A stretch of 64,000 nt of DNA, taken from positions 4,104 to 68,103 of the forward strand of contig JANOIH010000004.1 in assembly GCA_031407385.1 (NCBI GenBank), in the 5' to 3' direction. Position numbers and translations under genes: made by a program. Positions 44,631 to 55,073 of the stretch are shown piece by piece. The stretch is from Candidatus Altimarinota bacterium. Lineage in GTDB: Bacteria > Patescibacteriota > Gracilibacteria > BD1-5 > UBA2023. The notes under the pieces are model-generated. The model was not told the origin of the DNA and did not search any database. It worked only from the letters and a program-made list of their open reading frames with translations. How positions within the stretch are numbered: the first letter of the stretch is position 1; each line of letters starts with the position of its first letter.

Positions 44631-44975
44631 AGAAGAATGAATGAAGAAATAAAACATCGGCATTATATACTCTAGGACTGCTTTACCAAATCAAAGAATA
44701 CAGACTTTTGTATATTCGTATGTATAGATACCAGAAGTAGATATAACACATTATTCACTCGATATCCCAGAGAAAGCTTGTCTGAGACAAGAACGTATGT
44801 TGTATATTTTACTCGAGAAATAAAATATGAATTGTCTATTTTTTCTTCTCATAGCCACGGAAGTTCGATATTTTCTATGATTTTGATATCTATAATAGCT
44901 AGATCTCTATACTCCCATGATCATATATATACAAAAACTCCCGTTCTTGCGAACGAGAGTCTTATAATAATCAGA

Positions 44976-45059
44976 TGGTGCCCGAGGGGGGACTTGAACC
45001 CCCACACCTTTCGGCATACGCACCTCAAGCGTACATGTCTACCATTCCATCACCCGGGC
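44976..45059 (-). tRNA. tRNA-Leu (GAG)
   Basis: Anticodon arm TACGC-TTGAGGT-GCGTA, long variable arm, CCA. Confidence 0.85.
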
Positions 45060-45067
45060 GGATTATC

Positions 45068-45144
45068 TGGTGCACCCAGTAGGGGTCGAACCTACAACCA
45101 ACGGTTTCGAAGACCGCTACTCTATCCAATTGAGCTATGGGTGC
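45068..45144 (-). tRNA. tRNA-Arg (UCG)
   Basis: Anticodon arm GCGGT-CTTCGAA-ACCGT, CCA. Confidence 0.85.
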
Positions 45145-45305
45145 ATGTTGCCTACTTCTGGAGCAAGTGAGGCGGATTATAGAGAGGAAGTGAGAAAACG
45201 CAAACTTTTTTTAGAGATTTTGATATGTTCTCTATTTTTGTTGTATTCCACTGGGTTTGCATTGCATCTTTCAGAGTATTCATATTGTGAACTCGCCCTC
45301 CTTTT

Positions 45306-45408
45306 GTCATTCCGCAGCTTGCGGAGGAATCCCTTTCAAACTCATCTTAAGCGATATTGATTCTTTCTTTCTCATAAGCGTAAGGAAAAGGGATCTCTAC
45401 GAGATGAC
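45306..45408. repeat. 103-bp GTCAT...ATGAC double-hairpin MITE-like element (copy A3)
   Basis: About 95 percent identical to 27425-27527. Confidence 0.75.
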
Positions 45409-45522
45409 AAAAAAGGAACCAAGAATACAACAGAAACGTTGGATTCCTACCTACGCAGGAATGACAGAGCAAAGAAACAAAAAAATCCCCCCGAATAAAC
45501 GGATGGGATTTTTGCGAAGCGA

Positions 45523-46644
45523 TTATGCCTCGAGTGCCTCAGCTGGGATCTCTACGATCTCAGATGGCACGTAGTTCGGGTCGAGTGCCTTGAGTGAGAG
45601 ACCGATACGCTTTCCGATAGAATCGAAGGTGATAATACGAGCCTTCATCATCTCACCGGTGCGGACTTTTCCTTCGATACCTTCGAGCATATCTGCTGGG
45701 ATCTCAGAGAGGTGGATGAGACCTGAGATACCACCGTCGAGTTCGAGGAATATACCGAACTGAGAGAGACGGAGGATCGGAGCCTCGACGATATCACCAA
45801 CCTGATACTTATCAGCGAGGACTTGCCAAGGGTTTGCCTTGAGTCTCTTGATAGAGAGGGAGATCTTCTCTCCTTCGATACCGATGATCTGTACTGTTAC
45901 CTTATCACCGAGCTTCGCGTGCTTGTGTGGGTTGTTCACGTGACCCCAATCGATCTCAGAGACGTGTACGAGACCCTCGACACCGTGGAAGGTGATGAAG
46001 AGACCGTATGTGAGGATACCAGAGACGACACCCTCGACGACATCACCGACCTTGATAGTCTGGAGAGCCTGTGAGCGCTGTTCTTCGATCGCTGCCTTCT
46101 CAGAGAAGATGATCTTCTTCCCTCCTTGGTCGACGTTGATAACGCGAACTTGGAATGGCTTTCCGACGAGCTTGTTGAGTTGTTCGAGGATCTTCTCTGC
46201 GTTGGCGTTCTCCACACGTGGATAGTGAACTGGAGTGAGCTGAGATACTGGGATGAAACCCTTGATCCCGTCGAGATCGATAAGAAGACCTCCCTTGTTC
46301 GCTTCGTTCGGTACGACCGTGATGATCTCCTTTGTGTCGAAGTTCGAGTGGAGCTTCTCGATGAGCTTGACCTGAGAAGCCTTGCGAAGCGAGAGGTGGA
46401 TGAGACCTGAGTGAGCATCATCACCGATGATGATACTCTCGATACGATCACCTGGAGCAATAGTAGTCGTGTCTTCAGTAGACGACTGCATGTGGTTACC
46501 AGTGATGATACCAGTGAACTGACCTTCGAGATCCACGAGGATCATCTTCTGGTTCGATACGACAACTGTACCTGCAACAACCTTACCTACATTGTAGGAT
46601 TGGATTGGAGCAGCCGTTGCGAGATCTTTTGCAAAATCTGACAT
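45523..46644 (-). CDS. rpsA: 30S ribosomal protein S1 (four S1 domains)
   Basis: Intact 373-aa ORF with repeated G.V.G.V..I...G.FV S1 motifs. Stop TAA. Confidence 0.8.
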   Translation of the reverse strand: MSDFAKDLATAAPIQSYNVGKVVAGTVVVSNQKMILVDLEGQFTGIITGNHMQSSTEDTTTIAPGDRIESIIIGDDAHSGLIHLSLRKASQVKLIEKLHSNFDTKEIITVVPNEANKGGLLIDLDGIKGFIPVSQLTPVHYPRVENANAEKILEQLNKLVGKPFQVRVINVDQGGKKIIFSEKAAIEEQRSQALQTIKVGDVVEGVVSGILTYGLFITFHGVEGLVHVSEIDWGHVNNPHKHAKLGDKVTVQIIGIEGEKISLSIKRLKANPWQVLADKYQVGDIVEAPILRLSQFGIFLELDGGISGLIHLSEIPADMLEGIEGKVRTGEMMKARIITFDSIGKRIGLSLKALDPNYVPSEIVEIPAEALEA

Positions 46645-46698
46645 AGATAAAAAATTAAGAAGTAAACATTACAAAATAAAAGAATTGTAATTGTAGTA

Positions 46699-46776
46699 TG
46701 GGGCGGCTAAAGGGGCTCGAACCCTCGACCTTCGGATTCACAGTCCGACGCTCTAACCAACTGAGCTATAGCCGCC
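46699..46776 (-). tRNA. tRNA-His (GUG) with G-1
   Basis: Anticodon arm TCGGA-CTGTGAA-TCCGA, extra 5' G, CCA. Confidence 0.85.
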
Positions 46777-47180
46777 ATATTTCTAGGAGCCCCGGCAGTA
46801 TAGAGAAAAAGTACAGTTTTGCAAAATTTTTTTGTGTTTTTGTAAAAGTTGACTAAGATAGGCCGTCTATAGGGGAAAATAGGCTCGTAAAATAGTCGAA
46901 CTCTTCCCATAGGTATGCGGAAACCATCATATATCATGTGAGGTGACGCATACGGAGATCCTGAGCACTATGTGTGTACATCGATACATACAACACCAAC
47001 GTCAAGGCTAAATCCTTGCATCCGGTTGGTACATTGTGCTATGATTCTTCTAGTTGGCGCCCGTCTCATGGAGAGAGATCCTACTGGATCGATCACAGAG
47101 ACACTCGACCTATATCGCAGCAGCTCTTTATACAGCAACGTAAAACGATATCTCTCGAGCTTTATCCATAAAGTATATTC

Positions 47181-48428
47181 ATGTATTCATTTTCTCTCTC
47201 AGTCGAAACGTTCACGGTCAAGAATCAGATCCATGAACAGGTATTCTCTCTCCTTGGCAATGCAGGTAAAACCCTCTTCGCCACAGAGTCATATCTCTAC
47301 ACTGAGCTCCGCTCTCCTTGGTATCAGAAGGCTCTCGCCACTTTCGCTGATATCTGGAACACTCCATACAAAAAAGTACTCACATATATAGGTATCATCC
47401 TCGCATCCACTCTGATGGCGCCTCCGGCAACATCATTTGCGAACTCTGTTCAACCAACTACATTCATCGTCACCGCGTATTACTCTCCACTTCCAGGGCA
47501 ATCTTTTTACCTCAAGGGCAACTTCGAGGCTGAGAAGAGACTCAATGGAAATGGGACACACGGTGCCAGTGGCAAGCCTGTATTCGCAGGCATGATTGCG
47601 GCTCCGAAGTCTTACAACTTTGGGACGCAGATTTTTTTTGAGGGGATGGGAGTCGGAACAGTATCAGATAGAGGTGGTGCGATCGTCGAAGCATGGGATC
47701 GTGGTCAGGCATACGACCGTATCGATATCTGGATGGGATCTGGAGAGTCTGGGCTCCGCCGTGCGATGGCATGGGGACGTCGAGAAGTGAAGGGAACTAT
47801 CATCACGACAGAAGACACGAGCAATATGAATACCATAGATATCTATGGTATCGACAACGGTCGGGTGAATCTCTCACTCTATCCATCAGTCAGATCCAGT
47901 GGAAACGGAGGAATATCATCCGACGTCCTCTCTGCCTTCGCAGATCTCGGATATATAGTAATGGGCGGGGACGTGAAGAAAATGATCACAACGTTCCAAC
48001 TGGATCACGCGATCATCGCAAGTGCGGCTGATGAGAGTGCTGGTAACTACGGACCCAAGACCAAGGCAGCACTCAAAGATGCTCATGACAAGTTTAACGC
48101 AATCCAGTCTGATGAACTCAAGGCCATAGAAAAAGCTCGCCAAGAGATGCTCGATGAGCGAACTGCCTGGGAGACTCGCTACAAGCAAGCGCAGAACTCA
48201 GTTCTCTCACTCTCGACGATCAAGAAGGGAGAGAACAGTTCCAAGGTACTCACTCTCCAGTCTGTCCTCTCAAGCGAGGGATTCTACAAGGGAGTGAAGA
48301 ACGGGCAGATGAAGTCGTCTACTATCCTCGCCCTCCGCAAGTATCAGAAGGCTCGTGGACTCACACAAACTGGAGTCATCGATACTTCGACACGAGAGGC
48401 TCTCATCGTCGATATGCTCGAGGCATAA
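47181..48428 (+). CDS. 3D-domain cell-wall protein with two peptidoglycan-binding (PG_binding_1-like) repeats
   Basis: TAYYSPLPGQ...NGNGTHGASGKPVFAGMIAAP...VSDRGGAI (3D domain). C-terminal LQSVLSSEGFYKGVKNGQM...ALRKYQKARGL. Confidence 0.75.
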   Translation: MYSFSLSVETFTVKNQIHEQVFSLLGNAGKTLFATESYLYTELRSPWYQKALATFADIWNTPYKKVLTYIGIILASTLMAPPATSFANSVQPTTFIVTAYYSPLPGQSFYLKGNFEAEKRLNGNGTHGASGKPVFAGMIAAPKSYNFGTQIFFEGMGVGTVSDRGGAIVEAWDRGQAYDRIDIWMGSGESGLRRAMAWGRREVKGTIITTEDTSNMNTIDIYGIDNGRVNLSLYPSVRSSGNGGISSDVLSAFADLGYIVMGGDVKKMITTFQLDHAIIASAADESAGNYGPKTKAALKDAHDKFNAIQSDELKAIEKARQEMLDERTAWETRYKQAQNSVLSLSTIKKGENSSKVLTLQSVLSSEGFYKGVKNGQMKSSTILALRKYQKARGLTQTGVIDTSTREALIVDMLEA

Positions 48429-48440
48429 TCCAATCCATAC

Positions 48441-48473
48441 AAAAAAACACCAGAAATTCTCTGGTGTTTTTTT
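48441..48473. terminator. Bidirectional intrinsic terminator
   Basis: aaaaaaacaccag-aaattct-ctggtgttttttt. Confidence 0.65.
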
Positions 48474-48475
48474 CA

Positions 48476-48685
48476 TTATTTCTGCTTTGGTCTCATACGG
48501 TTCGAGACTCAGATGAGTGCATCTGCAGCCCGAACTCTATTCTCATATATAACTCACCCTGGAGAGTTCATTCGTTTTACAGAATCAGACAATCTCCATA
48601 AAACAGGCATTTCCAATCTATTACTTTCATATGGATTTGAAAGTTCCTTTGGATCAATATTTGGAAGCTGTTCTGTGTGAGACAT
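48476..48685 (-). CDS. Small hypothetical protein (69 aa)
   Basis: ATG..TAA frame open with 2 TGA. No motif recognised. Confidence 0.3.
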
Positions 48686-48793
48686 ATAATTGAAGATATA
48701 TTAGAATGTAATAATAATATATTCTATCTGATATGTCAACTTTTTCTCTCACTTTCCGTTGTTTTCATACATAAGAATCATATACTCTCTCTC

Positions 48794-49393
48794 ATGCTAC
48801 AATCACTCCTCACACTCGATACCTCTCTCCTCCTCTGGGCACGCACACTCGTCGGACCCGAGTACTCCACTCTCATCCAGATCGTATGAGAGTCGGTCGT
48901 CGTCGCAGGAGCGCTGACACTCCTCAGTATCTGGCTTATGGGCGTCGCAAGGTGAGATAACGAGTACAAAAAAAATGCACTGCGAATATTTATGACGATC
49001 GTTGGAGTTTTTGTCATATACAGTGTGGTGAATCTCGGCATCCCTCAGTGGAGAGACAGCCCGATCACGGTCGCAGGCGGGATCACGCCGCTCATCCCAC
49101 ACCCGATCGACAACTCGTTCCCTTCTGGACATGCGCTCTTCTCAGCGGCACTCCTCGTGGGACTACAGAGATACTATAGGAAGTCATGGCTCATCGTCCT
49201 GATCGCCGTCCTCGCGATATTCACCACCACAGCACGCGTGATCGGTGGAGTGCACTATGTCGGAGATATCCTCGGTGGATTCCTCTTCGGTGGGATCGGA
49301 GCCATATACCTGGAGAAGCTAGTACAAAGTGAGCTCATGGAAAAATACGTCTATCCAGTCTGTATCAGGATCGCCAGTTGGATGCGGCTCTAA
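48794..49393 (+). CDS. PAP2-family phosphatase (undecaprenyl-diphosphatase-like)
   Basis: FPSGHALFS and ARVIGGVHYVGDIL motifs. N-terminus extended over two TGA. 199 aa. Confidence 0.75.
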
Positions 49394-49537
49394 AAACTTG
49401 CATTCTACAAAATAATCATATAATAGGCGTAAGTGAAACAAAGACCTGCCCATTGGGCGAGTCTTTTTTTTGACCAGAGTTGCCTCTTGTTTCTAGAAGT
49501 TCCATCCATCCAACTAATATCTAACCTACTATAATAT

Positions 49538-50647
49538 ATGTTCGACATATCCAAGATCGAAGCCGCCATCAACGTGATCGCCGCTGAGAAAAAAATCCCA
49601 AAAGAAAAGCTCGTCGAGATCATCGAGCATGCGATCAAAACAGCATACAAAAAAGACTACGCCAGCAAAGACGCCAATGTGAATGTAAAACTCGACATGG
49701 CAAGTGGTAAGTTCGATATCTCTATCGAGAAGACGATCGTCGCTGAAGTGACAGATCCAAGTATCGAGATCAGCTACGAAGATATCGGTGGTGATGAATC
49801 AGGATTTGCTCTCGGTGATACTGTCGAGATAGACGTCACTGATGAGGTCACCTCCTCAGAAGGATTCGGTCGTATCGCTTCTCAGGCAGCGAAGCAAGTC
49901 ATCGTCCAGAAGATCGGCGAGACTGAGAAGGAGAAGCTCTACCACCTCTTCAAGGACAAGGAAGATACGATCGTGAGTATGCGTGTGGAGCTCGTGGAGA
50001 AGAACCGTGTGGTTTTTGACTACAATGGGAACCAGGTCGTCCTCCCGAAGAGTGAGCAAAACCCGAAGGATAAATATATCCCAGGACAGCGTATGTACCT
50101 CTACGTCCGTAGTTGTGAGATCGATCCAGTCACTGGTCCTCGTGTGAATCTCTCTCGTAAGGATAAGGAACTCGTGGTGAAGCTCTTCGAGAACGGAACT
50201 CCAGAGCTCGAAGATGGTGTCGTCGAGATCGTCTCACTCGCTCGTATGCCAGGTGTAAAAACAAAAATCATCGTCGCCTCAGATGACGAAGATGTCGATC
50301 CAGCTGGATGTCTCATCGGACCCAAGGGTATGCGTGTCCGTACTATTGTCGATGAGCTCTTCGGTGAGAAGATCGATATCCTCAACTATACGACCAACCA
50401 AGAGGAGATGGTACGCCGAGCCCTCGTCCCTGGTATTGTAGAAAAAATCGAAATCGACGAAGAGAATAACATCATCCGCGCAACTGTGAAGGATGAGGAG
50501 AAGGCAAAGGTCCTGGGACGTGGTGGAACCAATATCAACATCGCCGGTGAACTCCTCGGATATCGTATCTCTCTCACGACTATAGAGGGTGAGAAGGTAG
50601 AGCCTACAGAAGCAGCAAGAGAAGTCGCTCTAACGCCTGCAATATAA
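49538..50647 (+). CDS. nusA: Transcription termination/antitermination factor NusA
   Basis: Intact 369-aa ORF with N-terminal, S1 and KH domains (GPKGMRVRTIVDEL, LGRGGTNINIAGELLG). Confidence 0.9.
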   Translation: MFDISKIEAAINVIAAEKKIPKEKLVEIIEHAIKTAYKKDYASKDANVNVKLDMASGKFDISIEKTIVAEVTDPSIEISYEDIGGDESGFALGDTVEIDVTDEVTSSEGFGRIASQAAKQVIVQKIGETEKEKLYHLFKDKEDTIVSMRVELVEKNRVVFDYNGNQVVLPKSEQNPKDKYIPGQRMYLYVRSCEIDPVTGPRVNLSRKDKELVVKLFENGTPELEDGVVEIVSLARMPGVKTKIIVASDDEDVDPAGCLIGPKGMRVRTIVDELFGEKIDILNYTTNQEEMVRRALVPGIVEKIEIDEENNIIRATVKDEEKAKVLGRGGTNINIAGELLGYRISLTTIEGEKVEPTEAAREVALTPAI

Positions 50648-50663
50648 TCCAGAACATCACAAC

Positions 50664-50694
50664 AGTCCTCCTAGATACTCGGGAGGACTTTTTT
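50664..50694 (+). terminator. Intrinsic terminator after nusA
   Basis: agtcctcc-tagatactc-gggaggact followed by tttttt. Confidence 0.6.
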
Positions 50695-50767
50695 GGTATA
50701 CAAAATATCCCAATATTTGACAGAACTCACACACTTATGATATGCTGATCTTATATAACTCTATCTC

Positions 50768-52063
50768 ATGAGGCAATCATTGATACATATCATTCGCAAA
50801 CCACTCTACCAGTGACTCTTGATCCTGAGTTGCATGGCTATCGGAGTATCATCTCTGGTGGCATGATTCGACATATCGTTGGATGGTATATTCGGTACAA
50901 TTCAAGCTCCTGGTACTTTCATAACATCTGGCAATGCTGGTCAGATCATCATCTCATCATGAGGAGCAACATGTGATCCCAATATAGGACTCTGTTATGA
51001 TAGCGTCACTCAGTCATTCTCTGGTTGAGTTTTTGCAGAAACGGTTGGATGGGTACAGTTCGGTGTCACTGGTCATCCTGTCACAGCGATCCTCCCAACA
51101 GATATCAATAGTCTCGCACCATGGACTCTCACGGGGTACGCCTGGAGTGACAATGCCGGATGGATCACACTCGGTTGTCTGGGTGACTGTAGTTACAGTG
51201 GAGTTGCCTATGTACCTAATAGTACCGTGAGCTTCACTGGTACTGCGTGGAGTGATACTCTAGGATATATAGAACTCACCTCGGGAACTGCCGACTTCAC
51301 CAACAAGGTAAAAGTGATCGGTAGTACCGCTGGAGGCAGTGCATGGAGTGTGAACTATGATATCGGAAGTACGTATGATACGGTGAAATTGGCACCATTC
51401 CTCTCTCAGGTTCGCAAGAATATAGCACTCCTAACACGGAATACTGGGACGGCCGCAGTCAATACAACTACCACTACAACCAAAGAATTCGGGAATATCA
51501 GATACTATAAGCTCACAGGCCAGACACTCAGAGTTATCGATGGAGCCTTCAGTACTGTAGATAGTATCATCGTCGAGTGAGGAGATATCGAGATAGAGGA
51601 TGACGTAGTAAAAGAAAGTACAAGATCACCCAGATCTATCATCGCAATCCAGAATAGCAGTGGGAGTGGTGGCAATATTTTTGTAAACAATAGTGTCAAA
51701 AATATATATAGTTCTCTCATCGCTGAATGATCGGTCTACTCTGGAGAAGATGCTACAACTCTCTATAACGATACGAGAGCCAAGATCGCCAATCTCCCGA
51801 AGACTCAACTCTATATCTATGGGAACGTCATATCTCGCAATACGATCGGATGAGCACTCACAGATACTCCGAGTTGTCCATATACGGTTGCGAATTGTAC
51901 CTATGATCTCGCAATCCGCTATGATCTCAACTACTTCAGATCATACGATAGACAAGTCATCAACAAGTCTGATACAACTGGATATGATGCATACTCAGTG
52001 ATCATCGAACGAGATCCGCGAAGCATAATCGATCCACCTCCAGGTATGAAAAATCTCCAATAA
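50768..52063 (+). CDS. Membrane-anchored surface protein with G.AWSD..GWI.L repeats
   Basis: TM LLILSCMAIGVSSLVAGF; repeats GYAWSDNAGWITL and GTAWSDTLGYIEL. 431 aa. Frame checked open with 8 in-frame TGA. Confidence 0.65.
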
Positions 52064-52102
52064 CACTATCTCATCCTCTTCGTCTTCCTAACCCTCCCTC
52101 CT

Positions 52103-53965
52103 ATGTCTCGCAACTCCTTCATCTGAGTCTCACTCATGGCGATGATCGCCATGAGTACTCTCGTCACGACGATATCAGCAGCTCCACCGATCAATCCTAT
52201 CGATCAAAGCCCGAATGTTCAAGGATTATTCGCTACCTATTTCCAGAATATGATCAACACACCCTGTGCTCTTGGATCTGTGATCTCAGGATTCTCATCT
52301 AGTGCAACTGATTATGGCAAGAATACGTGTGTATCTATCGTAACTACTCTCACAAACACGTATCCGACGCTCTTCGATATCACTTGGCTCAAAAATGGAG
52401 CCAATATCTCCTATATTGGAGGCAATGTGGGTATCGGAATAGCGAATCCTACAGCCAATCTCGAAGTTGCTGGTCAGATAAAGGTCACTGGAGGTGTGCC
52501 AGGGTTAGGCAAGTTCCTCACCTCAGATGCAACTGGTCTCGCGAGTTGGACAACATTCACGAGCGGATTGCCAGCAACAGCACTCTTTGGTCAGACTCTC
52601 AGATATGATGGTCTCTCTTGGGTTGCCAATAGTAATATATATGACAATGGATTCAACATCGGTATCGGTACGCTCTCCCCTCTCTACAAGCTCGAAGTCA
52701 ATGGTAAGATATGATCTCACACCACACTCTCCACAGACAACGATAATACAGTGACTACCAAGAACTATGTCGATGCGAGACTCGCAAGTCTCTGTACGAG
52801 TCTAGGTGGTACATGGAACAACGCCACAGACATATGTACTCCTGCAGTGACCTATAGTTGGCAATTGGGAACAACATATGGAGCATGTAGTGTTACTTGT
52901 GGTGGTGGGACACAGAGTGCACCAGCAGTATGCAAGCAGAGCAATGGAACTATAGTTGCTGATGCTCTCTGTGCTGGAGCCAAGCCTGCAGCTATGAGTC
53001 AGAGCTGTAACACACAGGCATGTATACCAGTAGTCAATGGAGGATGGTCAGTATGGGGAGGAGGATCATGTAGTGCGAGTTGTGGAGGGGGTACTATGAC
53101 ACAGACTCGTACTTGTAATAATCCTGCACCATCAGGTGGTGGGGCTAATTGCGGAGGATCATCAACACAGTCTATTAGCTGCAATACTCAAGCATGTGTC
53201 GTAGCAGTCAATGGATCATGTGGAGGATCAGCCAATACTTGTGGAGCTGGTAGTCCATCTGCATACTCAGCTGGAAGCTGTGGAGGATCTCAGACATGGA
53301 GTTGTCTCGGTTCAGGAGGAGGAACAAATGCTACAAGTTGTAGCATTGCCAATGCTGCATGTGCACTTGCTTCGTGTACCTATCCAGGTGGAACTGAATA
53401 CTGGGGTTCATGTGGCGTATCCATATGAGCGACTACTATTGCTCATGGAGGAAGTGCATGACCATTTACGAATACAGCCTGAGGATATGTGGGAAGTATT
53501 TCTTACTGATGTAATAATGGTACGTTTACTGTAGCGAGTCAATCTTGTAGTCCGGCTCCTGTGAATGGTTCATGTGGTGGTGGGGCCAATACTTGTGGGG
53601 CTGGTAGTCCATCTGGATACTCAGCTGGTTCGTGTGGAGGATCTCAGACATGGAACTGTCTCGGCTCAGGAGGAGGGAGTAGTGCTAATTGTAGTATTGC
53701 CAATACTGCATGTATCAACTATACTTATACGGCCTTCTCTGCTGCATCTGGGCAGGCATGTAGTGCGAGCCATCCTGGATATATAGAGGTAGCAATATGA
53801 TGTAGACGTGATGCAAATGGTGTATTCGACGGGTATGATCCATGGCCTATGCCAAATTGTCCATGAGCAGCAGATATGGCTGGTACACGGTTCCGACATT
53901 GTAAAGATCCCGATGTACCTGGCAGTTGGGATCAGTCCTTTGATGGAAATTGGATAGTATTTTAG
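52103..53965 (+). CDS. Secreted protein: tail-fibre-like NVGIG repeats, two thrombospondin type-1 repeats, two Cys/Gly-rich repeats
   Basis: 620 aa across 9 in-frame TGA. TSR consensus GGWSVWGGGSCSASCGGGTMTQTRTCNNPAPSGGGANCGGSSTQSISCNTQAC. Stop TAG 53963-53965. Confidence 0.7.
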
Positions 53966-53980
53966 AATACCCTAGAGTGC

Positions 53981-54015
53981 AAAAAATCCGTCCCGAATAC
54001 TCGGGACGGATTTTT
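53981..54015 (+). terminator. Intrinsic terminator
   Basis: aaaaaatccgtcccg-aatac-tcgggacggattttt. Confidence 0.65.
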
Positions 54016-54195
54016 AATATGATACACTAATTGACCTTGCATTCAACTCCCTCGATCACATTATTATCGATAGAGGGTGCATTAATCATGAGTCATACCT
54101 CTGTGATTCGAACGATACGATATCACCCACCTTCGAGAATCAGTTCACCACCTGGCAAGTGAGCAGAGAACACGCTAGATAAAAAGAAGACTCAG

Positions 54196-54312
54196 GTCTT
54201 AGGGCCTGGTAGAACCAATATCAACATCGCCGGTGAACTCCTCGGTTATCGTATCTCTCTCACGACGATCGAAGGGAGTCAGGTCGATCCAACAGAAGTC
54301 GTTGCAGAATAA
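54196..54312 (+). pseudogene. Orphan duplicate of the nusA 3' end (last ~38 codons)
   Basis: 54212-54266 matches nusA 50526-50580 at 54 of 55 positions. Reads ...GPGRTNINIAGELLGYRISLTTIEGSQVDPTEVVAE-stop. No upstream nusA body. Confidence 0.75.
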
Positions 54313-54424
54313 TGGACATGCCACGTATGGCATGTCTGACGTTCCAAAAATCCCCTCAGAATAATTCTGAGGGGATTTTGTATGGATGAAAGGTTATTCA
54401 AGTCTACCTATATAGAAACAAATA

Positions 54425-54808
54425 TTAAATAAGTCCTGGTGCAATATCTAAGATATCACCCTCCTCAATTTTTCTTCCTGCTGGAACTTCGTATATTGAA
54501 ACCATATTTCAATCTTCCGTATTTTGTTGAATGAGTAACTGTAATCTTCCGTCAATATTTGTAAGTTTCATTGCCGTGGCTGATATATCATTATATCCGA
54601 TGGCATTATCAATAAGATTTCGATTATCTCAGTATACATCTGCAAGAAAATCTAAATTTAGAAATTTAGAAACTTTCTGATCTGATCAGCTAATCCAATT
54701 ATCCATAATGGCATTGCGAAAACTCTTGTTTCCTATAATGTTATCCTTGAATTTCATACGATTCACAGTTGTTCAGTCATGGATAGCTTGTATGATATCC
54801 GCTGCCAT
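54425..54808 (-). CDS. Hypothetical protein (127 aa)
   Basis: ATG..TAA frame open with 5 TGA. Overlapped at its 5' end by a second 69-aa frame (54733-54942). Confidence 0.4.
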
Positions 54809-55025
54809 CTGCTTTCATAAGGTATCTTTTGTATCTTGGATACTAGTTCAAGAGCAGGTGTGTCTTGTTGTAGTCAGCTGGTTTTAAGTTGTTCTTTAGC
54901 ACGTTCATACATTGAGGGTTCAAATTTTGGAGATTCTGACATATTGGTAAAAAATAAGTGATAAAGTAAAAATATCTTATCATATGTTGCCCCCACCCCG
55001 TCAAATCCTGAACATCTTTTGTCAC

Positions 55026-55058
55026 AAAAATCCCCAACTTTTTACGGTTGGGGATTTT
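55026..55058. terminator. Intrinsic terminator of the adhesin gene
   Basis: aaaaatccccaac-tttttac-ggttggggatttt. Confidence 0.6.
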
Positions 55059-55073
55059 CTTATACTAGAACTT

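Noticed and set aside
27425-45408. The 103-bp repeats as a possible CRISPR array
   Set aside because: The copies are dispersed singly over the window rather than arrayed with spacers. They have terminal inverted repeats and internal hairpins typical of MITE/REP elements, and no cas genes are seen.
45936-46460. 174-aa alternative-frame ORF on the minus strand (Ser/Arg-rich)
   Set aside because: It lies inside rpsA in another frame. The S1-domain frame is clearly the coding one.
39400-46800. Search for the UGA-decoding tRNA-Gly(UCA) among the tRNAs of this window
   Set aside because: The anticodons read are CAU (x4 plus one degenerate copy), GCU, UGA(Ser), GAG, UCG and GUG. None is UCA, so the suppressor-type tRNA must lie elsewhere.
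53198-53740. Two ~155-bp, ~85 percent identical Cys/Gly-rich repeats (53208-53365 and 53561-53715) as a possible DGR template/variable repeat pair
   Set aside because: Both copies are coding parts of the same protein. The mismatches are not restricted to adenines of one copy, and no reverse transcriptase lies nearby.
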